Shown piece by piece: positions 39,825 through 48,069 of a stretch of 64,000 bases of DNA (within the stretch, counting starts at the first letter, position 1; every line of letters starts with the position of its first letter). Below the pieces are notes generated by a model that ran no database searches, was not told the origin of the DNA, and was given only the letters and a program-made list of their open reading frames with translations. The position numbers and the translations under genes are program-made. This DNA comes from Thermoanaerobaculia bacterium (GTDB lineage: Bacteria > Acidobacteriota > Thermoanaerobaculia > Gp7-AA8), in NCBI GenBank assembly GCA_035996815.1, contig DASYJF010000040.1:41792-105791 (forward strand). Reading direction: 5' to 3'.

Positions 39825-41408
39825 TCAGGGCCGCGAGTTCTGGCAGTTTCTTGGTGAACAGACGTATCGCGCCAGCGACGTCTGCTCTGGTACCACCGCG
39901 GAAAACCTCCAATACCGACCCGCGGCGGCGCGAGCGGCGGATAGTCGACATCGCTGCGGCGCTGTAATGGCTCCACGCAAGAGGCAGAAGACGTCAGACA
40001 GAACTGTTTGATTGTCAGCGACATACGCGTGGCCGAGAAGGCTTGTGTCGACCGCAGAGACGTCGATGGTGTCGACTCCGGCAACGATCGTGATGTTTTT
40101 CCCTGCTTCGCCGGCACGCGGGGACTGATGAAGCCTCTTAGAAGCGTTAAGTGCTTTGTCGCGGGAAGAGGCATACAAGGTGACGTGGCTGGACAGCCTG
40201 AGAAGCGCCGGCGCAAGGTCACGCTTGAAAACATCGGCGTCAATATCCGGCGCAGCCAAAACGACTTGGCTAAACTTAGCGCGCGTTTCAGGCGTCGCCA
40301 ACCTGGCCAACGCCTGCGCCATGACCCTGTTCCCCATGCTGTGAGCAACTACGTGGATCGCGCGAGCTCCGGTCCGTTGTGCCAAATCGTTCAGAAATGC
40401 TGCGAGATGCGGCACCGTCCAATCGACGGTGCCTTCGTCTGCGCTGTAGTCAGCGAGCGCTCCGCCGGAGGGCCAGCTATAGGCAATCGCTGCTCCGTCA
40501 AAGCCGAGGTCATATTTTATCTGGGCCGTGCGCCGCACGGCGTCAGCGAATGTGTTCTTGTATCCATGAATGAATATAAATACTTCTCCACGATCGGAGG
40601 CGGCGATACTGCCGCCCAGCTTAGCGTAGAAGTCAGAGGCTCGTTGAGGCTGCACAGCGAGAAGTACGACATGCTTTTTCGGATCCTCACGACGCTCGAA
40701 CCTCCAGATCGACGGCTCTTCAAGCTCCCCCAAACGGTGTTCCCTTGGAATGCTCACACGCGCAATGCCAAGCCGCAACTGCTCATTTCCGCGCGCACTA
40801 CCGAAGAGACGGGCCGGAGCGGTCTCTCCGCTGTACGCGCGGTCGGTAGCGTAGTAAACGTTGACAACTGCGTAGTCTTTGCCGGGCGCGACGTCGACGG
40901 GGCCGTGTTTATGGTTCCTGTGAGGCGTGCGTGTCGTCCCGCTGGTGGTGGTTGCGGGTGGAGGTGGAGGTGACGGCGGCGCCGACAGTGGGGGCGGTTC
41001 CGGACGTGGCACAGGAGGTGGCAGAGGTGGAAGGGGCGGCGGCGGTAGCTGATCTGAGGGGATTGGGGGGGGAGGCGGCAGTAATTCCGGATTCGATGTT
41101 TCTTGCAACCGGAGCGTAATTCTTTCGGTTCTACCAACGGCGACGTCCACCGACCTGTTCGTGACGGCGAAACCCGCCATTTCTGCTCGGAGCATCGCCT
41201 GGCCAGGAGGAAGGGTCAGCCTAGCAATGCCGTCGGCATCGGTGACTGTTTTTACCATGCGCCCGGCAGCGATGGCGGCAATTACGGTCACGCCTGGAAG
41301 CGGACGACCGGAAGTGTCGACGACAGCGACGGCGAGCGTTACACGGACTTGCGCCGATGCCGTGGTGCAGCAAAGAATAAGGACGAACCATCTAGAAACT
41401 TTACGCAT
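39825..41408 (-). CDS. Secreted protein: carboxypeptidase-regulatory-like domain, Pro-rich linker, DUF900-type alpha/beta hydrolase
   Basis: Signal peptide. DADGIARLTLPPG CarboxypepD_reg-like motif. A PPPP linker. FIFIHGY...AHSMGN hydrolase motifs. Confidence 0.75.
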   Translation of the reverse strand: MRKVSRWFVLILCCTTASAQVRVTLAVAVVDTSGRPLPGVTVIAAIAAGRMVKTVTDADGIARLTLPPGQAMLRAEMAGFAVTNRSVDVAVGRTERITLRLQETSNPELLPPPPPIPSDQLPPPPLPPLPPPVPRPEPPPLSAPPSPPPPPATTTSGTTRTPHRNHKHGPVDVAPGKDYAVVNVYYATDRAYSGETAPARLFGSARGNEQLRLGIARVSIPREHRLGELEEPSIWRFERREDPKKHVVLLAVQPQRASDFYAKLGGSIAASDRGEVFIFIHGYKNTFADAVRRTAQIKYDLGFDGAAIAYSWPSGGALADYSADEGTVDWTVPHLAAFLNDLAQRTGARAIHVVAHSMGNRVMAQALARLATPETRAKFSQVVLAAPDIDADVFKRDLAPALLRLSSHVTLYASSRDKALNASKRLHQSPRAGEAGKNITIVAGVDTIDVSAVDTSLLGHAYVADNQTVLSDVFCLLRGAITAPQRCRLSAARAAAGRYWRFSAVVPEQTSLARYVCSPRNCQNSRP

Positions 41409-41441
41409 GTAAAGCTAGACGGCCACGAATCCAATTTTTCT

Positions 41442-43259
41442 TTAGAAGTTGACGGCCAACCCGCCGATGTACCGGCGCGTGCTGCCGTCGGCGTCGAGGG
41501 CATCCAAGAGGATGCGCGAGTTCTCGGAGCGGGCCAGCTCGATGCCGAGGAGGACTTTGAGATCAAGCGGGAGATGAAGCGACTGCGCGAGACGGACGTC
41601 GACGCGATGCGTGCGATATGCGTCGCCACCGTTCGGCTGCGGCTGTTGAATCTGGCGGTAGGAGACGGCCACCGTGGTGCGCGTCGGCGAGAAGGTCGAT
41701 TCGACGTCGCCCGCAACGTACAGTTTGTCGGTGCCGTGCGCGTTGACCGATGTGTGGCCCGGCGTGGCCGTGCCGGCCATCGAGGAAACGTCGAGCAGGA
41801 ATCGGCTGCCGAGCTCTTTGCGGAAGGCGACACGAACATCGCGGCGAATGTCGCCCGCGTCGATGTAGAGGCCGTCCCAGAAATGTTCGAGCCCGTCGGT
41901 GAAGACGATGCGCAGAGGCGTGTCGGCGGCGCTGACGCTGCCGACGACGCTGAAATGCTCGCGGGCCGTGTCGCCCGAGACGATGCCCGCCGAGTACGAG
42001 TAATGCGGCAGAAGGCGCGAGTCATCACTCCAGACGATCACGCTCGGCAGCGTGTTCTGGTGCATCGCATCGACGACTTTGTACATCCCGGAGACGACGA
42101 GCGCCGTGTCTTTGCCGATCTTGATTTCCGCACCGGTGCGCGGCGCCCACTCGGTGCCGTAGAGGCCAACGCGGCTGGACATCCCGTAATCGATGGTGAA
42201 GGCGGGGACGATTTCGAACTTCGCGTTCGCGGTGAGATCCGCGGTTCGAAGCGTCGGTCCGGTCGTGATGCCGGGCGTGCTGCGCAGGCTTTCCTGCGTC
42301 ACGCGCAACGACACGCCGACTTCGTTGCGGCGCGTCTGAATCACGTTCGTGTCGCCGGCGACCTCGATGAGGTCCGAGCCGGGTGTCGCGGCAAAGAGGT
42401 TTTGCTGCGCGAGGTAACGAACCTGCACGCGCGAGCCGCCGTGCTCCCATTCGAAGTTGTGCGAACGGATATCGGCCTGATGTGAATCGTCAGGAACGTC
42501 ATCGCGATAGCGCCACCAGGAACGGGTCGAGGCGAGCTTGTACGAATCGGTCGGCGAAGAGCGCAACTCGATCTGCGCCGCACTCGCTTGTGCAACAGGA
42601 GCTCCGAACGAGTAACTGTCCGTCTGGTCCTCGACCCGATGCAGGTTGCCGCGGAAGCCCAGCTGCCAGTTGTCGCCGATGCGGCTTTGCAGTCCAAGAG
42701 CGGTCTGCGCGAAGGCGGGACCGGAGGCGGAGGTCGGCCCGGACGACATTCCGGTCATCGACATCATGTCGCCGCGGAAGCGTGGCGTTGCGTACGCTTC
42801 GGTGGCCACCGGACCGATCGGATCGGGCGGCGGCGTCATGACCATGTCGATCTCGCGCAGGATGTCGGGCGGAAGCGAGCCGCGGATTTCCCACATCTGC
42901 TGATTGGTGCCGCGCGCCTGTTTCTCGGCCTCCATCCTCAGCTTGAGACGATGATCTTTCTTCGTCGGGACGATCGTCTCGATGGCCGGCGCGAAGCCGT
43001 ACTTCATCGCCACGATCTTGTAGACGCCGGCGGGCAGCTGCGGCAGCGAAAACGATCCGTCGCTGGCGCTGAAGGTCTGGATCGCGTCAAGACTGTTCAG
43101 ATTGAGCGCGATGACGAGCGCGTTGCCGACAGGACGCGTGGAGCTGGTGACGTTGCCAAGGACTTGCAGAAACGCGGGAAGCGGAACCTCGGAATGCGCA
43201 GGGACAGCGAGGATGACGATGGCGGTAGTCGCAATCGCAATCGCACGCAGTCGGCGCAT
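41442..43259 (-). CDS. Outer-membrane beta-barrel-like protein with an N-terminal carboxypeptidase-regulatory-like domain
   Basis: The ATG at 43259 is preceded by AAGGAGGG. Signal peptide. SDGSFSLPQLPAGVYKIV motif. The C-terminus ends ...GGLAVNF (aromatic terminal residue). Confidence 0.7.
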   Translation of the reverse strand: MRRLRAIAIATTAIVILAVPAHSEVPLPAFLQVLGNVTSSTRPVGNALVIALNLNSLDAIQTFSASDGSFSLPQLPAGVYKIVAMKYGFAPAIETIVPTKKDHRLKLRMEAEKQARGTNQQMWEIRGSLPPDILREIDMVMTPPPDPIGPVATEAYATPRFRGDMMSMTGMSSGPTSASGPAFAQTALGLQSRIGDNWQLGFRGNLHRVEDQTDSYSFGAPVAQASAAQIELRSSPTDSYKLASTRSWWRYRDDVPDDSHQADIRSHNFEWEHGGSRVQVRYLAQQNLFAATPGSDLIEVAGDTNVIQTRRNEVGVSLRVTQESLRSTPGITTGPTLRTADLTANAKFEIVPAFTIDYGMSSRVGLYGTEWAPRTGAEIKIGKDTALVVSGMYKVVDAMHQNTLPSVIVWSDDSRLLPHYSYSAGIVSGDTAREHFSVVGSVSAADTPLRIVFTDGLEHFWDGLYIDAGDIRRDVRVAFRKELGSRFLLDVSSMAGTATPGHTSVNAHGTDKLYVAGDVESTFSPTRTTVAVSYRQIQQPQPNGGDAYRTHRVDVRLAQSLHLPLDLKVLLGIELARSENSRILLDALDADGSTRRYIGGLAVNF

Positions 43260-43354
43260 AGGCTTCCCTCCTTCGTTACCCGGCAAGCGAGTCTAAGGAG
43301 TCGTTTGCCGCGAGTCAAATGGGGGAACGTGAGGTTTCGGTGAGGAAGTTCCTT

Positions 43355-43914
43355 GGGTGGGGAGTCGGGGGTCGGGAGTCGGGGGTCGGAGGTCGGAGGT
43401 CGGGTGCCGGATACTGTTACTGATTTGTCGCCCGAGGTACACTGACGCCCCCACACAGCGCTGCTGCGCTCGCATCTTCTCTCTGCCGTCAACGCCACAC
43501 GACCGCGATGAGCGAAAGTATCTACGAACGATTGGACGCTTGGAAAAAAGCTATGCGCCTTGCTACCGCCACCTATGCAGCAATGCAATCATTTCCACGT
43601 CATGAGCTGTATGGGCTTACCGCGCAAATGCGCCGTGCCGCGATATCGGTACCGTCCAACATCGCCGAAGGCCGAGGGCGCGACACAAAGCGGGACTTTC
43701 GACAATTCGTCATTCGAGCACGCGCATCCGCGTTCGAGTTGCGGACTCAGATCACGATAGCGGAATCGCTGAACTACTTTTCTAGAGAAGAGGCGAAGCA
43801 CCTGATCGAGCAATCCGACGACGTTCTTCTGGTGATCAACGGCCTGATTCGCCACCTCACGAGGAGCGTCACTGGGTTCCGGGGGCCTTTTCGACTCCCG
43901 ACCCCCGACTCCCG
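43355..43914 (+). mobile_element. G-family palindrome carrying a four-helix-bundle gene as cargo (cassette 1)
   Basis: G arm 43355-43410 (GGGGAGTCGGGGGTCGGGAGTCGGGGGTCGGAGGTCGGAGGTCGGG). Conserved box CCGAGGTACACT 43432-43443. The cargo ORF. C arm 43892-43914 (CGACTCCCGACCCCCGACTCCCG). Confidence 0.6.
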
Positions 43915-43927
43915 TTCTACCCTTTGA
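43508..43927 (+). CDS. Four-helix-bundle protein (23S rRNA intervening-sequence protein / Avd-like family)
   Basis: Hallmark LYGLTAQMRRAAISVPSNIAEGRGR...F..A..S..EL.TQ sequence. Visibly lower GC than its neighbours. The 3' end reads through the C arm and overlaps the pyk 3' end by 11 nt. Confidence 0.8.
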   Translation: MSESIYERLDAWKKAMRLATATYAAMQSFPRHELYGLTAQMRRAAISVPSNIAEGRGRDTKRDFRQFVIRARASAFELRTQITIAESLNYFSREEAKHLIEQSDDVLLVINGLIRHLTRSVTGFRGPFRLPTPDSRSTL

Positions 43928-45347
43928 CGCGATGCACGCGCAGCAGATTTGTTTTCGCGCGCTGATAGATCGGCGATCCCATCAGTATGACCAGGCGATC
44001 CCCCGGAACGACGATGTCGCGGCTGAGCAGGAACTCGTCGACGCGATCGACGATCTGCTCGTGATATTCGCCGACGTCGCGGAGGACGAACGGCTGCACG
44101 CCCCAGAGAATGTTCATCCGCCGCGCGACCCAGGTCGAAGGCGTCAGCGCGATGATCGGCTGCTTCGGACGGAACTTCGACATCAGCCGCGCCGCGAATC
44201 CGGTCTGCGTGAAAACGATGATGAACTTCGCATCCATCTGCTGCGCGGCGTAGTTTGCGGCACCGGCCAGCGCGTCGGTGAACTCGTCGATCTCCGAGGA
44301 AACGCGGTACGGTTCGCGGCTGCCGGCGACCTGAAACTCGCGGTTCTGTTCGGCGGCCATGATGATGCGGGCCATCATCTGCACCGCTTCGACGGGATAC
44401 ATGCCGGACGCGGTTTCCGCCGACAGCATCACCGCATCGGAGCCGTCGAAGATCGCGTTAGCCACATCCGAGGCTTCGGCGCGCGTTGGGCGCGAATTCG
44501 TCGTCATCGACTCCAGCATCTGTGTCGCCGTAATCGCGAAGCGGCCCCAAATCGCGGCCCTGTGCAGAACCTGCTTTTGCACGATCGGCACGGCCTCGGG
44601 CGGAAGTTCGACGCCGAGGTCGCCGCGGGCGACCATCACGCCGTCGCTGACGTCGAGGATGTCTTCGAGCGCGTCGATGGCCTGCGATTTTTCGAGCTTG
44701 GCGACAACATTGATCTCATCTCCGCCGAGGCCGTGAAGAAGAGAGCGCAGCTCGACGATGTCGCCGCGGCGGCGGATAAAGGACGCGGCGATGTAGTCGA
44801 GGCCATTCGCGACGGCGAAAGCAACATCCTCGCGATCCTTCTCCGTGATGGCCGGAATCGTCAGTTCCGTATCGGGGAAGTTCATCCCCTTCTTCGACGA
44901 GATCGGCCCGCCGTGAATGACGCGCGTCAGGACTTTCGCGCCATCGACCGCGGCAACGACGAGCTCGACCAGCCCATCATTAATGAGGATGCGTTGCCCG
45001 AGTTGCACTTCCCGAGGCAGCGGCGTGAAGGGCGTAGAGACGATCGACGCGTTGCCCATCAACGCCTCGGTCGTGATCGTCAGCATCTGTCCCGTCTTCA
45101 GGTGAATGACGCCATCGACCTCACCGATGCGCAGCTTCGGCCCCTGGATGTCGGCGAGGATCGGGATGTACTTCCCGTTATCCATCGAAACACGCCGGAT
45201 GATCTCGATGAGCCGTACGCGATCGGACGGCGTTCCGTGCGAGAAGTTCATCCGAAACACATCGACGCCCGTGGTCCGCAGGCGAAGGATGAGATCTGCG
45301 GACGCGCACGCGGGGCCGTGCGTTGCGATGATTTTGGTTCGGCGCAT
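43917..45347 (-). CDS. pyk: Pyruvate kinase
   Basis: MRRTKIIATHGPA, full-length 476 aa with typical PK motifs (MVARGDLGVE). Confidence 0.95.
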   Translation of the reverse strand: MRRTKIIATHGPACASADLILRLRTTGVDVFRMNFSHGTPSDRVRLIEIIRRVSMDNGKYIPILADIQGPKLRIGEVDGVIHLKTGQMLTITTEALMGNASIVSTPFTPLPREVQLGQRILINDGLVELVVAAVDGAKVLTRVIHGGPISSKKGMNFPDTELTIPAITEKDREDVAFAVANGLDYIAASFIRRRGDIVELRSLLHGLGGDEINVVAKLEKSQAIDALEDILDVSDGVMVARGDLGVELPPEAVPIVQKQVLHRAAIWGRFAITATQMLESMTTNSRPTRAEASDVANAIFDGSDAVMLSAETASGMYPVEAVQMMARIIMAAEQNREFQVAGSREPYRVSSEIDEFTDALAGAANYAAQQMDAKFIIVFTQTGFAARLMSKFRPKQPIIALTPSTWVARRMNILWGVQPFVLRDVGEYHEQIVDRVDEFLLSRDIVVPGDRLVILMGSPIYQRAKTNLLRVHRVKG

Positions 45348-45778
45348 CAGCGTTTTCGATATATCACGGGGATTTGGGGGGGGGGGGTGGGGGGTGGGGT
45401 GTGGGGAGGTGAATCAACAGCTTCCGTGAGATGCCGAATGAGACCATTCAAGAGGCGAACGACCGCTTCGGAGTGTTTCGTCAGCCGAACGAGATCATCG
45501 CTCGTCGCGTAGTGCAGAGCATCCGCAATGCTGATTTGAGTTTGTAACTCGTACAACGATCCGCGCGCTTGGACTGCGAATCGGCAAAAGTCGCGCTTCG
45601 AAGCGCGGCCTCGTCCCTCGGCAATGTTGCTCGGCACTGACACTGCCGCTCGTCGGAGTTGCGAGGTAAGTCCGTAAAGCTCGTGTTTTGGAAATGTCTG
45701 CGTGACTTTATAGGTGTCGATCGCTAGCTGCATAGATTCTTTCCACACCTCAAGCCGTCGATAGATGCTGTCGGTCAT
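45347..45778 (-). CDS. Four-helix-bundle protein (second, diverged copy), stop/start coupled to pyk
   Basis: MTDSIYRRLEVWKESMQLAIDTY...LYGLTSQLRRAAVSVPSNIAEGRGR, roughly 55-60% identical by eye to the 43508 product. Its TGA overlaps the pyk ATG (TGATG). Confidence 0.8.
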   Translation of the reverse strand: MTDSIYRRLEVWKESMQLAIDTYKVTQTFPKHELYGLTSQLRRAAVSVPSNIAEGRGRASKRDFCRFAVQARGSLYELQTQISIADALHYATSDDLVRLTKHSEAVVRLLNGLIRHLTEAVDSPPHTPPPTPPPQIPVIYRKR

Positions 45779-45890
45779 ACTTTGGCTGGCGCGCGGAGAG
45801 CCGACGCAGAGGTGGGAGACGGTTAGTGTACCTCGGCCGCGGCTTCGCCGCAGCTGAGCTCCCACACCCCACCCCCAACTCCCCACCCCC
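45368..45890 (-). mobile_element. G-family palindrome carrying a four-helix-bundle gene as cargo (cassette 2, inverted relative to cassette 1)
   Basis: On the minus strand: G arm = 45890-45861, box CCGAGGTACACT = 45836-45825, cargo ORF, C arm = 45409-45368 including a C12 run (45376-45387). Confidence 0.6.
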
Positions 45891-46927
45891 TAAACGCTCG
45901 CAGTCAGCGCGGGTTGCAATGACCGGCCCACTACGCGCGCGATCGCATCGCACTCGCGGACGATCTGGGCGAAGGCTTCCGGCAGGATGGCTTGCGGACC
46001 GTCGGAGAGCGCTTCCTCCGGCTTGTGATGGACTTCGATCAGTACGCCGTCGGCGCCAGCCGCAATCGAGGCGCGCGACATCGGTGCGACTTTGTTGCGC
46101 TTGCCGGTGCCGTGACTCGGATCGACGAGGACCGGCAGATGGCTGATGCGCTTGATGGCCGGGATGATGGAGAGGTCGAGGGTGTTTCGCGTGTGGTCGG
46201 CAAACGTCCGCACACCGCGCTCGCACAGGATCACGTTGTAGTTGCCCTCGGCCATGATGTATTCGGCCGACAGCAAAAGCTCTTCGAGAGTGGCCGACAT
46301 CCCGCGCTTCAGCAGTACCGGTTTCCGCGCGCGGCCGGCCATCTTCAGCAGCGAGAAGTTCTGCATGTTCCGCGCACCGATCTGGATGCAGTCGGCGTAT
46401 TTGTCGACCAATAGCAGCGCCTCGTTGTCGATCGCCTCGGTGACGATGGGGAGATCGAACTCTTCCCGGACGCGCGCCAGAATTTCGAGTCCTTCCTCGC
46501 CGAGTCCCTGAAACGAGTACGGCGACGTGCGCGGCTTGTACGCGCCGCCGCGGAAGAGCTGCCCGCCGGCGTTCTTGATGCCCTCAGCAATTGCGCGGGC
46601 CTGATCGAGCGACTCGACCGCGCACGGACCACCGACGACGATGATTCCGTTGCCGCCGACGTCCACGCCACCAACATTGATGATGCTGTCATCCGGACGC
46701 GCTTCGCGGCTGACCAGCTTGTACGCGTGCGAGACACGAATGACTTCTTTGACGCCCGGATAGTTCTCGAGAACCTCGGGATCGGCTTTCCCCGGCTTGC
46801 CGGTGATTCCGATGGCAGTGCGGTTCGCGCCTGGGATGGCGTGAGCCTTGAGGCCCATGCGCTCAATGTGGCGGACGACGGCTTCGATTTGATCGGGCCG
46901 TGCACCGGCCTCCATGACGACGAGCAT
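45890..46927 (-). CDS. aroF: 3-deoxy-7-phosphoheptulonate (DAHP) synthase, type I-beta with an N-terminal ferredoxin-like regulatory domain
   Basis: GPCAVES, KPRTSPYSFQGLG, CERG, DPSH motifs. ~75-aa N-terminal extension. Confidence 0.88.
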   Translation of the reverse strand: MLVVMEAGARPDQIEAVVRHIERMGLKAHAIPGANRTAIGITGKPGKADPEVLENYPGVKEVIRVSHAYKLVSREARPDDSIINVGGVDVGGNGIIVVGGPCAVESLDQARAIAEGIKNAGGQLFRGGAYKPRTSPYSFQGLGEEGLEILARVREEFDLPIVTEAIDNEALLLVDKYADCIQIGARNMQNFSLLKMAGRARKPVLLKRGMSATLEELLLSAEYIMAEGNYNVILCERGVRTFADHTRNTLDLSIIPAIKRISHLPVLVDPSHGTGKRNKVAPMSRASIAAGADGVLIEVHHKPEEALSDGPQAILPEAFAQIVRECDAIARVVGRSLQPALTASV

Positions 46928-46941
46928 CGGGTCAGTATAAT
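46914..46941 (+). promoter_or_regulatory. Candidate sigma70-type promoter for the 46975 gene
   Basis: ATGACG (46914-46919), 16 nt, TATAAT (46936-46941), 33 nt upstream of the ATG. Confidence 0.35.
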
Positions 46942-46974
46942 CGAGCGTTCTGAGGCGTCATTCCGGAGACACAG

Positions 46975-47691
46975 ATGAAGAAATCGCTAATCCTCGCCGC
47001 ACTTGCAGTCCTCACCGTCACGCAACTCGTCGCCGCGTCGTACTGGGTCGTGATGAAAGACGGCACGCGCTACGAGGCGCGCGCGAAGTGGACGATCGTC
47101 AACGGCAAGGCGACGATGACGCTGACGAATGGCAGCATCCTGGCGCTCGATCCGGCAGCGATCGATGTGGCGAAGTCGGAGGAGGTGACGCGGCTTGGCG
47201 GCGGCGAGCTCCTCGGCGTGGAGCAGAGACCGGCACAGACGTCAAAAGCATCTGAGATCGGAAGCGCGATCCGTCTCCGCAAGCTAACACCCTCGCAGCC
47301 CGCGCCGGCCGCGGCGCCGGTTGCCACCGAAACGGTACCGATCGCGCCAGGCACCGGCCTCGGGCCAAATGTGATCAGCAAATTCGAGCGCGGCTTTGAA
47401 GACATCGGCATCTTCGAACACAAAGTCATCTCGACCGGTCCGCACTCACTTCGCGCCGATCTCACGGCGGACAACGAGGAGAAAGTCTTCAACACGCTCA
47501 CGGCCACGGCGTTCCTGATGATGCACAACGCCGGCGTGGCGGGCGTGCAGATCGATTCCGTCGATCTCTTCATGAAGACCACGACCTTTGGCGCCGCCGG
47601 GCGGTTTCACGTCACGCGCGAAGACGCGCAAGCGCTGGACTCGAAGACGATTACGCCGGCAAGCTACTTCGTGCTCAAAGTGCTTCTTTGA
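46975..47691 (+). CDS. Secreted hypothetical protein (238 aa)
   Basis: Signal peptide MKKSLILAALAVLTVTQLVAA. Coding-like composition. Confidence 0.7.
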   Translation: MKKSLILAALAVLTVTQLVAASYWVVMKDGTRYEARAKWTIVNGKATMTLTNGSILALDPAAIDVAKSEEVTRLGGGELLGVEQRPAQTSKASEIGSAIRLRKLTPSQPAPAAAPVATETVPIAPGTGLGPNVISKFERGFEDIGIFEHKVISTGPHSLRADLTADNEEKVFNTLTATAFLMMHNAGVAGVQIDSVDLFMKTTTFGAAGRFHVTREDAQALDSKTITPASYFVLKVLL

Positions 47692-48069
47692 TCGACAACG
47701 CGGTAGTGCGTGGCACAGACGCAAGAGCGCCTGTGCCCACAGTTGTCCAAATTAGCGGACGTGGTCTAACTAAATCCTTGCACCGTTGACGGGGCGTCCC
47801 GCACTGGGACGTGGCATCACACACCGTGTACCCCGGGCGTCACACACTGTGGGACGCGACGTCCCGCACCGTGTAACCCACTGTCTTACAGTGCGTTACG
47901 GCCCATTCAGTCCACCACCACTCCCTCCCGCCGCTCAACTCTCACTCTTCCGGACAGCAGAGGTCTGTGCCGCACCATCCTGCCGTAGCCCCCGGTCCGG
48001 CAGCGGCGGCAGGAGGAATGTGGCACCGACCGTCTGTGCCACACAATCCTTCGGTGGTGGAACCGACAT

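Noticed and set aside
47710-48042. Sigma54 promoters suggested by TGGCAC motifs
   Set aside because: None of the TGGCAC occurrences on either strand is followed by TTGC at the required 5-nt spacing.
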